From Patescibacteria group bacterium (lineage in GTDB: Bacteria > Patescibacteriota > Minisyncoccia > UBA6257 > Colwellbacteraceae): a stretch of DNA of 64,000 nt. The notes under the pieces were generated by a model that had not been told where the DNA came from, made no database searches, and saw nothing but the letters and a program-made list of their open reading frames with translations. The stretch spans positions 117,996 through 181,995 of the forward strand of contig JAMCRD010000006.1 of the NCBI GenBank assembly GCA_023380475.1. Direction: 5' to 3'. The position numbers were made by a program, and so were the translations under genes. Positions 8,779 through 21,087 of this stretch are shown piece after piece (positions within the stretch are counted from its first letter, which is position 1; each line of letters begins with the position of its first letter).

Positions 8779-9942
8779 ATGATTCATAGGGGTATCGCCA
8801 CTTTTGGGCTAGACTACGGCCATTGTCCGCCATGGCTTTTTCAGCGGATGGTTAAACTCGGCCGCGAGATGACCGACATCCTCGTTGAGGAGTACGGGTC
8901 GGATGAATTTGTACGTCGCATGGCCGATCCAGTGTGGTTTCAATCTTTAGGGACAGTTTTGGCGTTCGACTGGAACGCTTCGGGCTTGACCACGATACTT
9001 ACAGCAGCGATGAAAGAGGCTATCCGCGGACGGGAAGCCGAGTTGGGCGTGTTTATCTGCGGTGGTAAAGGCAAAACTTCGCGGCGGGCGCCTGAAGAAA
9101 TTAGAAATTGGGGTGAGCGTTTGGCTTTACCGGAATCTAAAACCAACAACCTAGTTTATAACTCTAAGATGAGCGCCAAGGTGGACAGCGCTTTGGTCCA
9201 AGACGGTTTTCAGATATATCACCACAGTTTTATGTTTTCTAGGAACGGGGTGTGGGCGGTTGTCCAACAGGGTATGAATAAGGATCAGCTGTCAGCGCGC
9301 CGCTATCATTGGTACTCAGAGAAAGTGGAAGACTTGGTGTGCGAACCTCATGCTGGGATATCGTCCGAGGTTAAGCTTTCTAAGGCACTCAACCTGACAG
9401 CGCGGGACAGTTCCAAGACCAGAGAGATATCGACCGAACTGGTGGGAGGGGGTTACGCCACGCTGATGAAAGACATCAATTTACTTAGAAAATACTCTTC
9501 GTCGCTGTCGCAGATGGCCAAACTTGAGACCCAGCGGGGGCAGCTTACATTGCTTAACCTGGAAACGGTTGAGTTTAAATATCATCCGGTCGTGAAAGAA
9601 GATTTTTCCAAGAGCAAGTATTTGGATAAGGTTCTGCAGCGCGTGGCTTACACAAAGCCGGTAAACTATGAGCAACTGCTGGCGATGGAAGGGGTTGGCC
9701 CAAAAACAATGAGGGCGCTGGCCTTGGTGGGCGAAGTAATCTACGGCGCCAAACCATCCTACGAAGATCCGGCGCGTTACAGCTTTGCCCATGGCGGAAA
9801 GGATGCAACGCCGTATCCGGTTGACCGGCCGACCTACGACCGGACTATAGATGTGTTAGCCAGAGCCGTTCGCAAAACCAAATTGGACGCAAATACCAAG
9901 AGTGGTGCGCTGGGCAGACTATATAAGTCGACCAATAAGTAG
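8779..9942 (+). CDS. Conserved hypothetical protein with C-terminal helix-hairpin-helix motif (possibly DUF763-like)
   Basis: 387-aa soluble ORF with HhH-like LLAMEGVGPKTMRALALVGE near the C-terminus; family assignment from memory only. Confidence 0.45.
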   Translation: MIHRGIATFGLDYGHCPPWLFQRMVKLGREMTDILVEEYGSDEFVRRMADPVWFQSLGTVLAFDWNASGLTTILTAAMKEAIRGREAELGVFICGGKGKTSRRAPEEIRNWGERLALPESKTNNLVYNSKMSAKVDSALVQDGFQIYHHSFMFSRNGVWAVVQQGMNKDQLSARRYHWYSEKVEDLVCEPHAGISSEVKLSKALNLTARDSSKTREISTELVGGGYATLMKDINLLRKYSSSLSQMAKLETQRGQLTLLNLETVEFKYHPVVKEDFSKSKYLDKVLQRVAYTKPVNYEQLLAMEGVGPKTMRALALVGEVIYGAKPSYEDPARYSFAHGGKDATPYPVDRPTYDRTIDVLARAVRKTKLDANTKSGALGRLYKSTNK

Positions 9943-10039
9943 CTCCTGCACCCAGATCACTTCTCGAAGTGGGGCACGATAAGCTTCTGGTCAATGTTAA
10001 AAGATATTGCTTTTCCGCATGCAACACATTTCTGTTAGC

Positions 10040-10288
10040 CTACACCCCTTCTTCTACTAGCAGCTTAACTTTATTGGAGGCTTTGACCTCCATAAACCCT
10101 GAAAGCACGGGGATATAGTGGTCCTCTTTATTTGTGTCAGTCATTTCAACGACGCCCTTACTAAGTATCGAGATTAGGGGTCGGTGATTATCTAGTACAG
10201 TGATCTCACCAGACTTAGTCTTGCAGTTTATTGAAACAACTTCACCCTTGAACAATATTTTCTTGAGCGAATATATCTCTAGTTTCAT
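10040..10288 (-). CDS. atpC: F1 ATP synthase subunit epsilon (beta-sandwich domain only)
   Basis: 82 aa, MKLEIYSLKKILFKGEVVSINCKTKSGEITVLDNHRPLISIL...; last gene of the atp operon; lacks the C-terminal two-helix domain. Confidence 0.8.
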   Translation of the reverse strand: MKLEIYSLKKILFKGEVVSINCKTKSGEITVLDNHRPLISILSKGVVEMTDTNKEDHYIPVLSGFMEVKASNKVKLLVEEGV

Positions 10289-10299
10289 GCTTTTTATAG

Positions 10300-12624
<2,325 letters not shown>

Positions 12625-12625
<1 letters not shown>

Positions 12626-14154
12626 TACTTTGAATTCAAGAAGTGATCCAACGCCTCTTTGAGTTTCTCTTCAGTACTCTCACTGAAGTCGCCCGTGTCG
12701 CGTATCGGTTTTAGAATGTCATTGTCGTGCAGCTTCTTCAGGTAGTTAGTGAGATCGTGTTCGGTCTTCTTTACATTCTCGATGCCGACGGCTCCAAAGT
12801 AGTCGTTTAGAACTGCGTAAAGTATGCAAACTTCCTCCTCGAACGGCATGGGGGAAAGATCGTTTTGTTTCAAAACCTCGTTTATCTTCTGCCCGTGCAA
12901 TATTTTCTTCTTGGTGGCCTCATCGACGTCGGTCGCGAACTGTACGAAGGCCTGCAACTCCCTGAATTGAGCCAGAGCCAGCCTTAGTTTGCCAGCTACC
13001 TTCTTCATGGCTTTGGTTTGGGCGGCTGAACCGACGCGGGATACCGAGATACCGACATTGAGGGCCGGGCGTTGTCCTTGGTAGAACAAATCTGACTCGA
13101 GATAAATCTGACCGTCGGTGATCGAGATTATGTTGGTCGGGATATAGGCCGTGACATCGCCCAGCTGGGTTTCAACTATAGGCAACGCCGTAAGCGATCC
13201 GCCCCCTTTATCCTTGGATAGCTTTGCGGAGCGCTCCAGAAGACGTGAGTGCAGGTAAAAAATATCGCCTGGGTATGCTTCTCTTCCCGGTGGACGGCGC
13301 AGTAGCAATGATATCTGGCGGTAGGCCCAAGCGTGCTTGGACAGGTCGTCGTAGACGACTAGAGCGTCTTGGCCGCGGTCGCGGAAGTATTCTCCGATGG
13401 CGCAACCAGTGTAAGGCGCCAGGTACCACAATGAAGCTGGAGAGGATGCGGAGGCCGACACTATTATGGTGTATTTCAAAGCATCGAACTTTTTTATGGT
13501 CTCGACCATCTTGGCTATCTTCGATTCCTTCTGGCCGATAGCGACGTAGATGCATACCGGCGTACGGCGACCCTTATCGTTTAGCTGGTTTAGAATTGCA
13601 TCGAGTGCGATTGCCGTTTTCCCGGTTTGCCGGTCGCCGATGATCAATTCACGTTGGCCGCGGCCAATCGGGATCATCGCGTCGATGGCTTTTATGCCGG
13701 TGTGCAGGGGAGCGTTGACTGATTCCCGCTCCAAGACCGATGGCGCGCGGGCTTCAAGTGGGTTTCTTTTGGGCTCGGTTCCCTTTTTGAAAACTTCTCC
13801 CAGTCCGTCCTGGGGATTGCCCAGCGGATCTATCACCCGGCCGATGAGTTCTTCCCCGACTTGAATCGATAGAACCTCGCCGGTGCGTTTCACGGTATCG
13901 CCAACTTCAATTGCTAAGAAATCGTCCAATACCAAGGCGCCAATAGACTCTTCTTCGAGGTTCAAGGCCAGCGCCGTACGTACGCCTTTCGCTGTGTCGA
14001 TTTTTAATATCTCTTGGCTGACCGCGTTGCGCAGCCCAAGAATTTTAACGATCCCGTCGCCGACTTCTGTAACCTGGCCGACTTCGGCCCACTCAGGTTT
14101 TTCCCGATAACCCTCTATCTCCTTTTTTAGTTTTTCTATTATTTCGTAAGCCAC
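12625..14154 (-). CDS. atpA: F1 ATP synthase subunit alpha (GTG start)
   Basis: Walker A GDRQTGKT; conserved alpha-subunit sequence; start codon is GTG by sequence. Confidence 0.97.
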
Positions 14155-14163
14155 GTTAGTTTT

Positions 14164-14553
14164 TTAGTTTTGTATGTCTGAAAAAATCTTATCCAACTTC
14201 CCCTTAAGCGTTTCGTCCAATTGCAGCTCGTCATCAATAATTACCCTGACCCCTGCTACCAACTCTGGGTTTATGTTCTCCACGACTATATCTCCCGGCT
14301 TGACGAACTTGGCTATCTCCTTTTTATTCTGGGCACTGAGTTCACGAGCCGATTCGATAGTGACCTTGCGGATGCCGCTGTCGCGGCGTACGTAGCGCGA
14401 CGTTTCTTCTAGAATTTTCCGCAAGCTGCTCGCGTCGCCGTTTCTCTGGACAAGGCTTATGAAATTCTTCGCGATCTGCTCCGCTTTCTCGGATGGAGCT
14501 GCCGCTATGGCCTTAGCCAGGGCTGTAGCGTATATGTGGGCGGGATACTTCAT
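14164..14553 (-). CDS. atpH: F1 ATP synthase subunit delta (OSCP), short form
   Basis: 129-aa ORF between atpF and atpA, helical N-terminus; shorter than the typical ~180 aa. Confidence 0.7.
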   Translation of the reverse strand: MKYPAHIYATALAKAIAAAPSEKAEQIAKNFISLVQRNGDASSLRKILEETSRYVRRDSGIRKVTIESARELSAQNKKEIAKFVKPGDIVVENINPELVAGVRVIIDDELQLDETLKGKLDKIFSDIQN

Positions 14554-15053
14554 TGCGATTTTTTGATTTCTCCCACCGCCTTGGCTATGAGTGTGTTGTC
14601 TATTTGTTCTGGTGCGAGCTGTACTGTTTTGGCGATAGCACGACGCACAAGGTCAGCCGCTTCCCGCTCCATTTCCTTCTTGGCCTCAGCCTCTTTAGCC
14701 TTGATAGCAGCTTCGGAGTCGCGCATAGCCTCAGCCTCCCGGTGTTTAACCTGGCTAAGCAACTCCGCCTCCAAATCCTTAGCGCTGTTCTCTGTATCCT
14801 GAATGATTTTCAAGGCCCGCATCTCTGCTGCTCTGACTTTCTCTTCGCCCAGGGCGTCGATTTCACGCAGGCGATCGTCAGCCATTTTGGCCTTGGTTAA
14901 ACCGTCACTTATCCTATTTTGTCTGTCGTGCATCAGTTTCAGCAGTGGCCGGTATACAAAGAGACGCAGAATTATGAGCAGCAACAAAAAATTAACTGCT
15001 TGACTGAGAAGCAGGTGCCAATCTATTCCTAGCTGGGAAATTAGTTGTTGCAT
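14550..15053 (-). CDS. atpF: Fo ATP synthase subunit b
   Basis: Single N-terminal TM helix followed by a long charged coiled coil; operon position. Confidence 0.8.
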   Translation of the reverse strand: MQQLISQLGIDWHLLLSQAVNFLLLLIILRLFVYRPLLKLMHDRQNRISDGLTKAKMADDRLREIDALGEEKVRAAEMRALKIIQDTENSAKDLEAELLSQVKHREAEAMRDSEAAIKAKEAEAKKEMEREAADLVRRAIAKTVQLAPEQIDNTLIAKAVGEIKKSQ

Positions 15054-15101
15054 CTATGCTATTGTCTGAAGATCGCGACAAAAAGAACTGCTGGTTAACG
15101 C

Positions 15102-15332
15102 TTACGGCACGAATTTTATGATCAGCGCTACCACTAGACAGTAAATACCGATAGCTTCGGCGAAAGCGATGGCCAAAACCATCGATGTTTGTATCTTAGG
15201 AGCAGCTTCTGGATTGCGCCCGATGGCATCGGAGGCCTTTGAGCCTATCCAGCCGATAGCTATGGCCGGGCCTATCGCGCCTATGGCCATGGTGCCAGCT
15301 GTGGCCAGCAACCTTATCATATTTGCATCCAT
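15102..15332 (-). CDS. atpE: Fo ATP synthase subunit c
   Basis: 76-aa two-helix hairpin with GRNPE loop and the conserved carboxylate in helix 2 (AFAEAIGIY). Confidence 0.9.
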   Translation of the reverse strand: MDANMIRLLATAGTMAIGAIGPAIAIGWIGSKASDAIGRNPEAAPKIQTSMVLAIAFAEAIGIYCLVVALIIKFVP

Positions 15333-15334
15333 TA

Positions 15335-16117
15335 TTAGATTTCTTGTTGGTTTATTTCCGACCTTTCGCCGTTCTTCAAACTAACAACTTTTTCTTCGTC
15401 GCCGGTGCCTATAGCTACGAATACCAGTGTCAACATACCAAAAATAAAAGCTTGAATAAAGCCGACAAATATCTCCATAAACATGAAGGGAAGCGGCATT
15501 AGGTATGGCACTAGGAACGCCATGATGGCCAGCAGTACCTCGCCTGCAAATATATTTCCGAAGAGACGGAACGAGAACGACACAATTTTGGCGAATTCCG
15601 ATATGAGCTCGAGTATGCCTATGAAGAAGTCAATCGGACTCCGAAAGTCGAAGAATATCGATAGACGTGATTTAAGCCCCGTGGCGGCAACGCTGAGGGC
15701 GTTAACTAATGTGACGGCGATAAGAGCGATAGCCAAGGTGAAATTTAAGTCGCTAGCCGGAGATCGCAACAGCGGAGTCGATGTTCCGTTATTGTTCAAC
15801 ACTAGTGAACCTATCCCTGGGACAAGCCCTAGCCAATTGGAGAACAGTATGAACAAGAAAATCGTTAGCACTAAGGGCAGGTACTTCTCGGATTTCTCGC
15901 GGCTGCCCAATACGTCGTCCATCAGCCCAAGAGTGCCTTCTAAGATCAGCTCAGTAACGTTCTGGATGCCCCTTGGCACCAAAGACATCTTTCTATAAAG
16001 CGTTAAAGCTATAACTGCCATAAGTACAACCACTACAGAGGCCAGTAATACAGCGTTAGTGACCGGAAAAGTGCCTATTCTAAATACTTCTTGAGCGCGG
16101 AGCGATATATCTAACAT
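15335..16117 (-). CDS. atpB: Fo ATP synthase subunit a
   Basis: Polytopic membrane protein with conserved RLFGNIFAGE motif (essential Arg). Confidence 0.9.
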   Translation of the reverse strand: MLDISLRAQEVFRIGTFPVTNAVLLASVVVVLMAVIALTLYRKMSLVPRGIQNVTELILEGTLGLMDDVLGSREKSEKYLPLVLTIFLFILFSNWLGLVPGIGSLVLNNNGTSTPLLRSPASDLNFTLAIALIAVTLVNALSVAATGLKSRLSIFFDFRSPIDFFIGILELISEFAKIVSFSFRLFGNIFAGEVLLAIMAFLVPYLMPLPFMFMEIFVGFIQAFIFGMLTLVFVAIGTGDEEKVVSLKNGERSEINQQEI

Positions 16118-16232
16118 TTTCGGTGAGTAAAAACAGCTAGCCCGTTTGGGAGCCTAGCCGCATCCAATATACCAAATTGGGAAAATAAAAGCAGCTAGCG
16201 CCCATCCTTGTTCTCTAACCACATGCTTTGTG

Positions 16233-16238
16233 TATAAT
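16233..16238 (+). promoter_or_regulatory. -10 box TATAAT 11 nt upstream of the ATG at 16250
   Basis: tgtgTATAATtgtgattgactATG; weak -35 (TTGTTC) 19 nt upstream. Confidence 0.35.
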
Positions 16239-16249
16239 TGTGATTGACT

Positions 16250-16993
16250 ATGGCTAAATTCAAAAATACTGCGAGTAGCCCACCAGGCATACAGCCCGGG
16301 GAACTGATAACGGTGGGAGGTGTAACCTATGAGCGTTTCCCTATAAAGGTCCCGCGACTGATTGAATTTGGCGAGGATTTGAGTGGGGTGGTGAACGAGT
16401 TTGTGAAGCCTCACTATCAAAAAGGGGACTGGATAGCCGTATCGGAGAAAGTTTTTTCGATATCTCAAAACTTAGTGAGGCACATTTCCACGGTTAAGGT
16501 TGGATTCCTTGCCCGCTTTATCACGCTTGGCGTTAAGAAGTACAAAAACATGACAGCTTGGTCTAGGCCGGAGAAGATGCAGGTCGCTATAGAAATTGTC
16601 GGCGCTCCAAGGATGATCTTTGCCGCTGCTGTCGGAGCAGTAGGTAAATTAGTTGGGCAACACGGGGTATTCTGGAAAATAGCTGGGCATCGCGTTTCAG
16701 AGATAGACGGATTCATTCCTGAAGATATGTATCCTTACACCGAATGGGGCGTGCTACCGCCGCCCGATCCGCAGGGCGATTGCGATAAGCTGGAAAAAAT
16801 TACCGGTATACCGGCAGTAACGGCGGACGCTAACTACATAGACGTACAAGTACTTGGGGTAAGCAAAGGAGTTGGGCTCGATAAGAAAACAGTTAGGCAA
16901 ATCCTAATGGATAATCCCTTGGGGCAGGGCAACAAGATGACGCCATTCGTCATCGTCAGGCGGTTTAAGAATAAGAACCTTGAATCAGCATGA
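16250..16993 (+). CDS. CofE-like (F420-0:gamma-glutamyl ligase family-like) protein, paralog A
   Basis: Motifs GDWIAVSEKVFSISQN and C-terminal DNPLGQGNKMTPFVIVRR resemble the CofE GD..hhSKxVSKAEGR and GxGxxxPxVhhRG motifs. Clear paralogy with the 17778-18824 ORF. Start moved to the first ATG, since the track start is TTG 16244. Confidence 0.5.
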   Translation: MAKFKNTASSPPGIQPGELITVGGVTYERFPIKVPRLIEFGEDLSGVVNEFVKPHYQKGDWIAVSEKVFSISQNLVRHISTVKVGFLARFITLGVKKYKNMTAWSRPEKMQVAIEIVGAPRMIFAAAVGAVGKLVGQHGVFWKIAGHRVSEIDGFIPEDMYPYTEWGVLPPPDPQGDCDKLEKITGIPAVTADANYIDVQVLGVSKGVGLDKKTVRQILMDNPLGQGNKMTPFVIVRRFKNKNLESA

Positions 16994-17772
16994 CGTTCCG
17001 CGGCCAAGTTAAACGGCATGTGCCGTGGTTTGTGCATTATTTGTACCGCAAGTTTTATTACGCTCCCTTGGATGTACCGGCAGCGTTAGGCTTAGTTTTC
17101 CATTCTACGAAATCGCCGACCAGGTTTTTTGATAGATTAAAATTAGTTATCAGTTTCTATAAAATCTCTTACTACGTTGATTGTCCTCATACAGAGCATG
17201 AGTTTTTCACCATTGCACAGCGCATTCTTAATTTGGGCCCGTCGATTAGCGGCGTGATAGCTGAAGCCGGAGTGTTCCATGGTGGTAGCACGGCCAAGCT
17301 TAGCTTGGTCGCGAGGCTTTGCGATCGTGAAATAGACGCCTTCGACTCGTTTGAGGGTATGCCCGAAAACAATGAAGTTCACGGCAAGAGTATTTACGGC
17401 CGTGAGCATCGTTTCCCCAAGGGCAGCCATGCCGTCGGGCTGGATGAAGTTCGAAGGAATATCGCTAAGTATGGCGACTTAAGCCGGGCAGATCTCCATA
17501 AAGGGTTCTTCGACGTAACCATGCCTGGTTTCAAGAGGCCGGTTTCCATTGCCTGTATCAATGTAGATCTCGTGCAGTCAACAAAAGACTGCCTAAGATT
17601 TTTGTACCCATTAGTGTCGCCTGGCGGGCTAATTGTGTCCCAAGACGGCCACTTCCCCTGGATCATAAAACTTCTAGGAGACAAATCTTTCTGGAGGGAA
17701 GAGATAAATATAGACATGCCTAAAATGGAGGGATTGGGGTCATCTAAGTTCGTATTTATTCACAAATCTTAA
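16990..17772 (+). CDS. TylF/MycF-family (macrocin O-methyltransferase-like) SAM-dependent methyltransferase
   Basis: GVIAEAGVFHGGST (SAM glycine loop), AFDSFEGMPE and INVDLVQSTKD motifs characteristic of PF05711-type O-MTs; 4-nt overlap with the upstream gene. Confidence 0.7.
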   Translation: MTFRGQVKRHVPWFVHYLYRKFYYAPLDVPAALGLVFHSTKSPTRFFDRLKLVISFYKISYYVDCPHTEHEFFTIAQRILNLGPSISGVIAEAGVFHGGSTAKLSLVARLCDREIDAFDSFEGMPENNEVHGKSIYGREHRFPKGSHAVGLDEVRRNIAKYGDLSRADLHKGFFDVTMPGFKRPVSIACINVDLVQSTKDCLRFLYPLVSPGGLIVSQDGHFPWIIKLLGDKSFWREEINIDMPKMEGLGSSKFVFIHKS

Positions 17773-17777
17773 AAACA

Positions 17778-18824
17778 ATGCCGACGGAAAATCCTCAAGC
17801 TTACACAGAAATGAAGGACGGAACCGGCCTTGTGGTTTTTTACATACCGCATACAGATGGGTCGGCGGATGTCCGGCTTGCGACCGATGACGGCACTGTT
17901 GTAAGCGAAGCTACGTTTACTAGTGTAAGGATCGACGAAGCTCATATCCTATACATGGAGGTTACGGAACTCCTCCGTTCCCGGGCTGCCGTTAAGGAAA
18001 ACCCAATAAATATCCGCGATAGGGCTGAAAAATTGCTAGCCTCTTTTAGGGGAGAAAAAGTCTCTTTCGAGGAAAATGAACCAGTCTCAGCTTCTCGTCA
18101 CCCATCTGGAGAATTTGTGGCTAACCCCGGTAAGAGGATAGATATCAATGTCGATGGCGTGATCTACAAACGTCTTCCCGTCAGGACTAGGTTGATTACA
18201 GAGAAGGATAGCGACCTACTTCTACTACTGGAGGATTATGTGAAACCGTATATCAGTGCCGGCGATATGCTCTTCGTAAGCGAGAAAGCTCTTTCTATAA
18301 CGCAGGGGCGCGTGGTGGATATGGGTGATATCAAACCTAGATTGCTGGCTAGGGTTCTTGCAAAGAATGTGGGCAACTATTACGGCTCCAGTCAGTTTAG
18401 GGGCTTTGGCCATGGTACAGCACTGGCGATGCAGTTATTTATAGAGGAGGCTGGATATCCACGCGTAATCTTTGCCGCATTCATTTCCGCGCTGACTCGA
18501 TCATTTGGTGTACGTGGCCTCTTCTACCGCATCTGCGGCAAACAGGCAAAGTCAATCGATTGCCCAATGTCCTTCTTGGTTTTAAAGTACGCTCACTCAG
18601 CTAAGCTAGCACCACGCGATCCCAGCGGTGCCGCGCGCAGATTTAAAGAAAATCTTGGTTGCGAGACCGTTATTCTCGATGCCAACTATCGCGGTGCGTT
18701 TTCGCTTGGCAAGTCCAGTAACACCATCTCGGAATCTTTTATCGGCAAGTTGTTCCGCGACAATCCGTTGGGTCAGTCAGATGAAATGACTCCTTTTTGC
18801 ATAGTGCGAAGGGCTGATGCTTAG
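17778..18824 (+). CDS. CofE-like protein, paralog B, with ~100-aa N-terminal extension
   Basis: DGVIYKRLPVRT, KPYISAGDMLFVSEKALSITQGRVV and DNPLGQSDEMTPFCIVRR, collinear with paralog A. Confidence 0.5.
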   Translation: MPTENPQAYTEMKDGTGLVVFYIPHTDGSADVRLATDDGTVVSEATFTSVRIDEAHILYMEVTELLRSRAAVKENPINIRDRAEKLLASFRGEKVSFEENEPVSASRHPSGEFVANPGKRIDINVDGVIYKRLPVRTRLITEKDSDLLLLLEDYVKPYISAGDMLFVSEKALSITQGRVVDMGDIKPRLLARVLAKNVGNYYGSSQFRGFGHGTALAMQLFIEEAGYPRVIFAAFISALTRSFGVRGLFYRICGKQAKSIDCPMSFLVLKYAHSAKLAPRDPSGAARRFKENLGCETVILDANYRGAFSLGKSSNTISESFIGKLFRDNPLGQSDEMTPFCIVRRADA

Positions 18825-20341
18825 CTGAAACCCGGAAAGAAATCCGTTTTAATCTGTCGGGTCGGTATCTTCATGGTTTGCAATGTAGCCTTGGTATCGG
18901 CAACCATCTTGTATGTGCCGGAAATGTAAAAAGTCTTGTGTTGATAGTCCGGTACATGGTGTTTGATCATCTCTGTGTCTATTCTGCCCGTTGAGCCTTC
19001 CCATCCTGCGGGTATGCTGGTTTTATCAGTAAGCGTGTAAATCGTTCTAAGACCGATTTTGTCCTCGGCTTCTCTAAACACGTCTGAATAAACTACTTCA
19101 GACGCAGTATGGTTGGCATACAGTAGTGTGACAGAACGTTTATCTCCACTATCAGACAAGTATTTAATCATGCTTCTGAATGGTGTTATGCCTATGCCTC
19201 CAGCTATGAAGACCAGCCCGATTTTTTTATTTTTAGGCATAGTAAAATCTCCGGCTAGCTGGCCCGCCATAATTTCTTCGCCCGGGACCAGGGATAGTAA
19301 ATTATTCTTGAAGCTGCTGGGATAGTCATAGAATTTAACTCCTAGGCGTAGAGCGCTTTCGGTAGGCGATGAGGCCAGTGTGAAGTAACGGCGGCTGCCG
19401 CGATCATCCGAACGCCCGTGTGCAAGAGTCCATTCCATATACTGACCCGGCTTGAATCTCAGTTTCTTTGCTGGTTTAAACGTAAACTCGTATATCCCCG
19501 TACCAATTCGTTTTCGATCCTTTAGCTTAAGAATGAGCTTTTCTTTGGGGCTTACTATATAAGAGAATATATTCCCAACCACTAATGCCAGTTCCGGTGT
19601 GGAGTACAGTGTACCGATATGTATTGCTGGGGAAAAGAGAAACCCCACCATGGCGCCGTAGATTATTTCCAGCGACCGAGTGGGCGGCGTGGTAAGAGGT
19701 TCGGTTAGCATGACAAAAGCGAAGAAGAACAACGGCGTATGTAGAAGTAGCTGGGAGACGTTTGAAGCTATATCTCCTGAGTAGGTTAATGCCACAGTTA
19801 AAATCGCGACCGACAAAAAAGAGATAACCATCGATGATTTATTTACCTTTCTGACGATCAGCAACCCGCCCAATACAACGAAGGCCATCATCGGTAGGTT
19901 GCCGCCGACCCACCAGCTAGCCGCTCCACCGATGGTTAAAGCCGTTGTAGCTACCGCGAATGCTACCGGGTTAAAAACATGCTTGTTCTTTATAGCGATT
20001 ATATATTTCGAGGTTATAGCTAGAATCGCTGCCCAAATTAGGAGGGGCATGGCGGAAATCTGCGACGGCAGGGCGGGAGTTATAATCAAAGACAAGATCA
20101 ACGCTGTTATATAAGTAGACTCAGTATTAGGTTGCGACTTAAAAACGCTGACGCAGATCTTATTCGTCAGGATGCTAACGATTAGGATAACAGCTGTCGA
20201 AAAAATTATTGAAATCGGGCTGTAAGGAAGTATGTTTAATTGCCCAAATAGCACTGCCGCTATCAACAGTACTATTAGGAAATACAGTACCAACCGGTAC
20301 ATTGTTACCCCATTTAGAAGCTTATCTATCCGGTCGAGCAT
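18821..20341 (-). CDS. Polytopic membrane protein fused to a C-terminal ferredoxin-NADP reductase-like FAD/NAD(P)-binding domain
   Basis: About 8 TM helices in the N-terminal 280 aa; C-terminal RRYFTLAS (RxYS/T FAD motif) and GLVFIAGGIGITPFRSM (NAD(P) motif GGxGxxP); TM domain has only 3 His (no bis-heme pattern). Confidence 0.7.
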   Translation of the reverse strand: MLDRIDKLLNGVTMYRLVLYFLIVLLIAAVLFGQLNILPYSPISIIFSTAVILIVSILTNKICVSVFKSQPNTESTYITALILSLIITPALPSQISAMPLLIWAAILAITSKYIIAIKNKHVFNPVAFAVATTALTIGGAASWWVGGNLPMMAFVVLGGLLIVRKVNKSSMVISFLSVAILTVALTYSGDIASNVSQLLLHTPLFFFAFVMLTEPLTTPPTRSLEIIYGAMVGFLFSPAIHIGTLYSTPELALVVGNIFSYIVSPKEKLILKLKDRKRIGTGIYEFTFKPAKKLRFKPGQYMEWTLAHGRSDDRGSRRYFTLASSPTESALRLGVKFYDYPSSFKNNLLSLVPGEEIMAGQLAGDFTMPKNKKIGLVFIAGGIGITPFRSMIKYLSDSGDKRSVTLLYANHTASEVVYSDVFREAEDKIGLRTIYTLTDKTSIPAGWEGSTGRIDTEMIKHHVPDYQHKTFYISGTYKMVADTKATLQTMKIPTRQIKTDFFPGFS

Positions 20342-21082
20342 TTATGCGGTGTATTTATCGAGGCCGCTGGTCATGGTAGCAACGCCATTTTTGTCTATGG
20401 CATAGCCTTCGAAGCCCTCTAATCTTTCTACGAACTGTATCCCGCTGAGCCCCATAGCAAAAGCGGCGGTGGCGAAACGGTCGGCCTCGTATACATCCGG
20501 CCCGATCACGGTCAAGCTTAAAATTTCATCCGCCACTTTCCCGTTCTTGGGATTGTATATATGCAAGCCTCGTATATATGTGCCGGAAGTTGCTACGCCT
20601 CCGTCGCTTAGGTAAATTGATTTCACGATCTTACTTTGGTTGAAAGGGTCTTTGATGCCGATGAGCCATTTACCTCCCTTGGCGTTCTTCCCGCTAGTTT
20701 GTACGTCGCCGCCGGCATTTATGTAGAAGTTGTTGAAGCCCATCTCTTTTAATATCTTAGCGGCATCCCTTACCGACCAGCCTTTTACTAGTCCCGACGG
20801 GTCATATTTGCCGGCGGGTGTCCTTATGTCAAAGTAGCCGTCAGTTTCTTTTTTGGTTCTTTCGCTTAGGGCGAATACCAGCTTCATGTCGTTGCTCCAC
20901 AATTTCTCACCTAATCCGTCGTTGTTTATGCGGCTTATCTCGCTGGCCGCTTTATAGGTGCTGAATTTGTCGTCGATATATCTAAAGTAACCAAAGATAT
21001 CGTCGAAAACCTCGTCATCGACATCCTGGCCGACAATTTCCACGGATATCGGCATACCCATCACTATCTTGGTCTGTTTCAT
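20342..21082 (-). CDS. apbE: ApbE-family FAD:protein FMN transferase (short form, no signal peptide)
   Basis: MKQTKIVMGMPISVEIVG... N-terminus; conserved ...GYFDI..., GGVATSGTY and ...DAFATA-like (ADRFATAAFAMG) blocks of ApbE/Ftp. Confidence 0.8.
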   Translation of the reverse strand: MKQTKIVMGMPISVEIVGQDVDDEVFDDIFGYFRYIDDKFSTYKAASEISRINNDGLGEKLWSNDMKLVFALSERTKKETDGYFDIRTPAGKYDPSGLVKGWSVRDAAKILKEMGFNNFYINAGGDVQTSGKNAKGGKWLIGIKDPFNQSKIVKSIYLSDGGVATSGTYIRGLHIYNPKNGKVADEILSLTVIGPDVYEADRFATAAFAMGLSGIQFVERLEGFEGYAIDKNGVATMTSGLDKYTA

Positions 21083-21087
21083 TGGTG

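Noticed and set aside
9943-10039. Short palindrome CACTTC-TC-GAAGTG after the 8779-9942 gene as a terminator
   Set aside because: The stem is only 6 bp with a 2-nt loop and no U-tract, which is too weak and strained to call.
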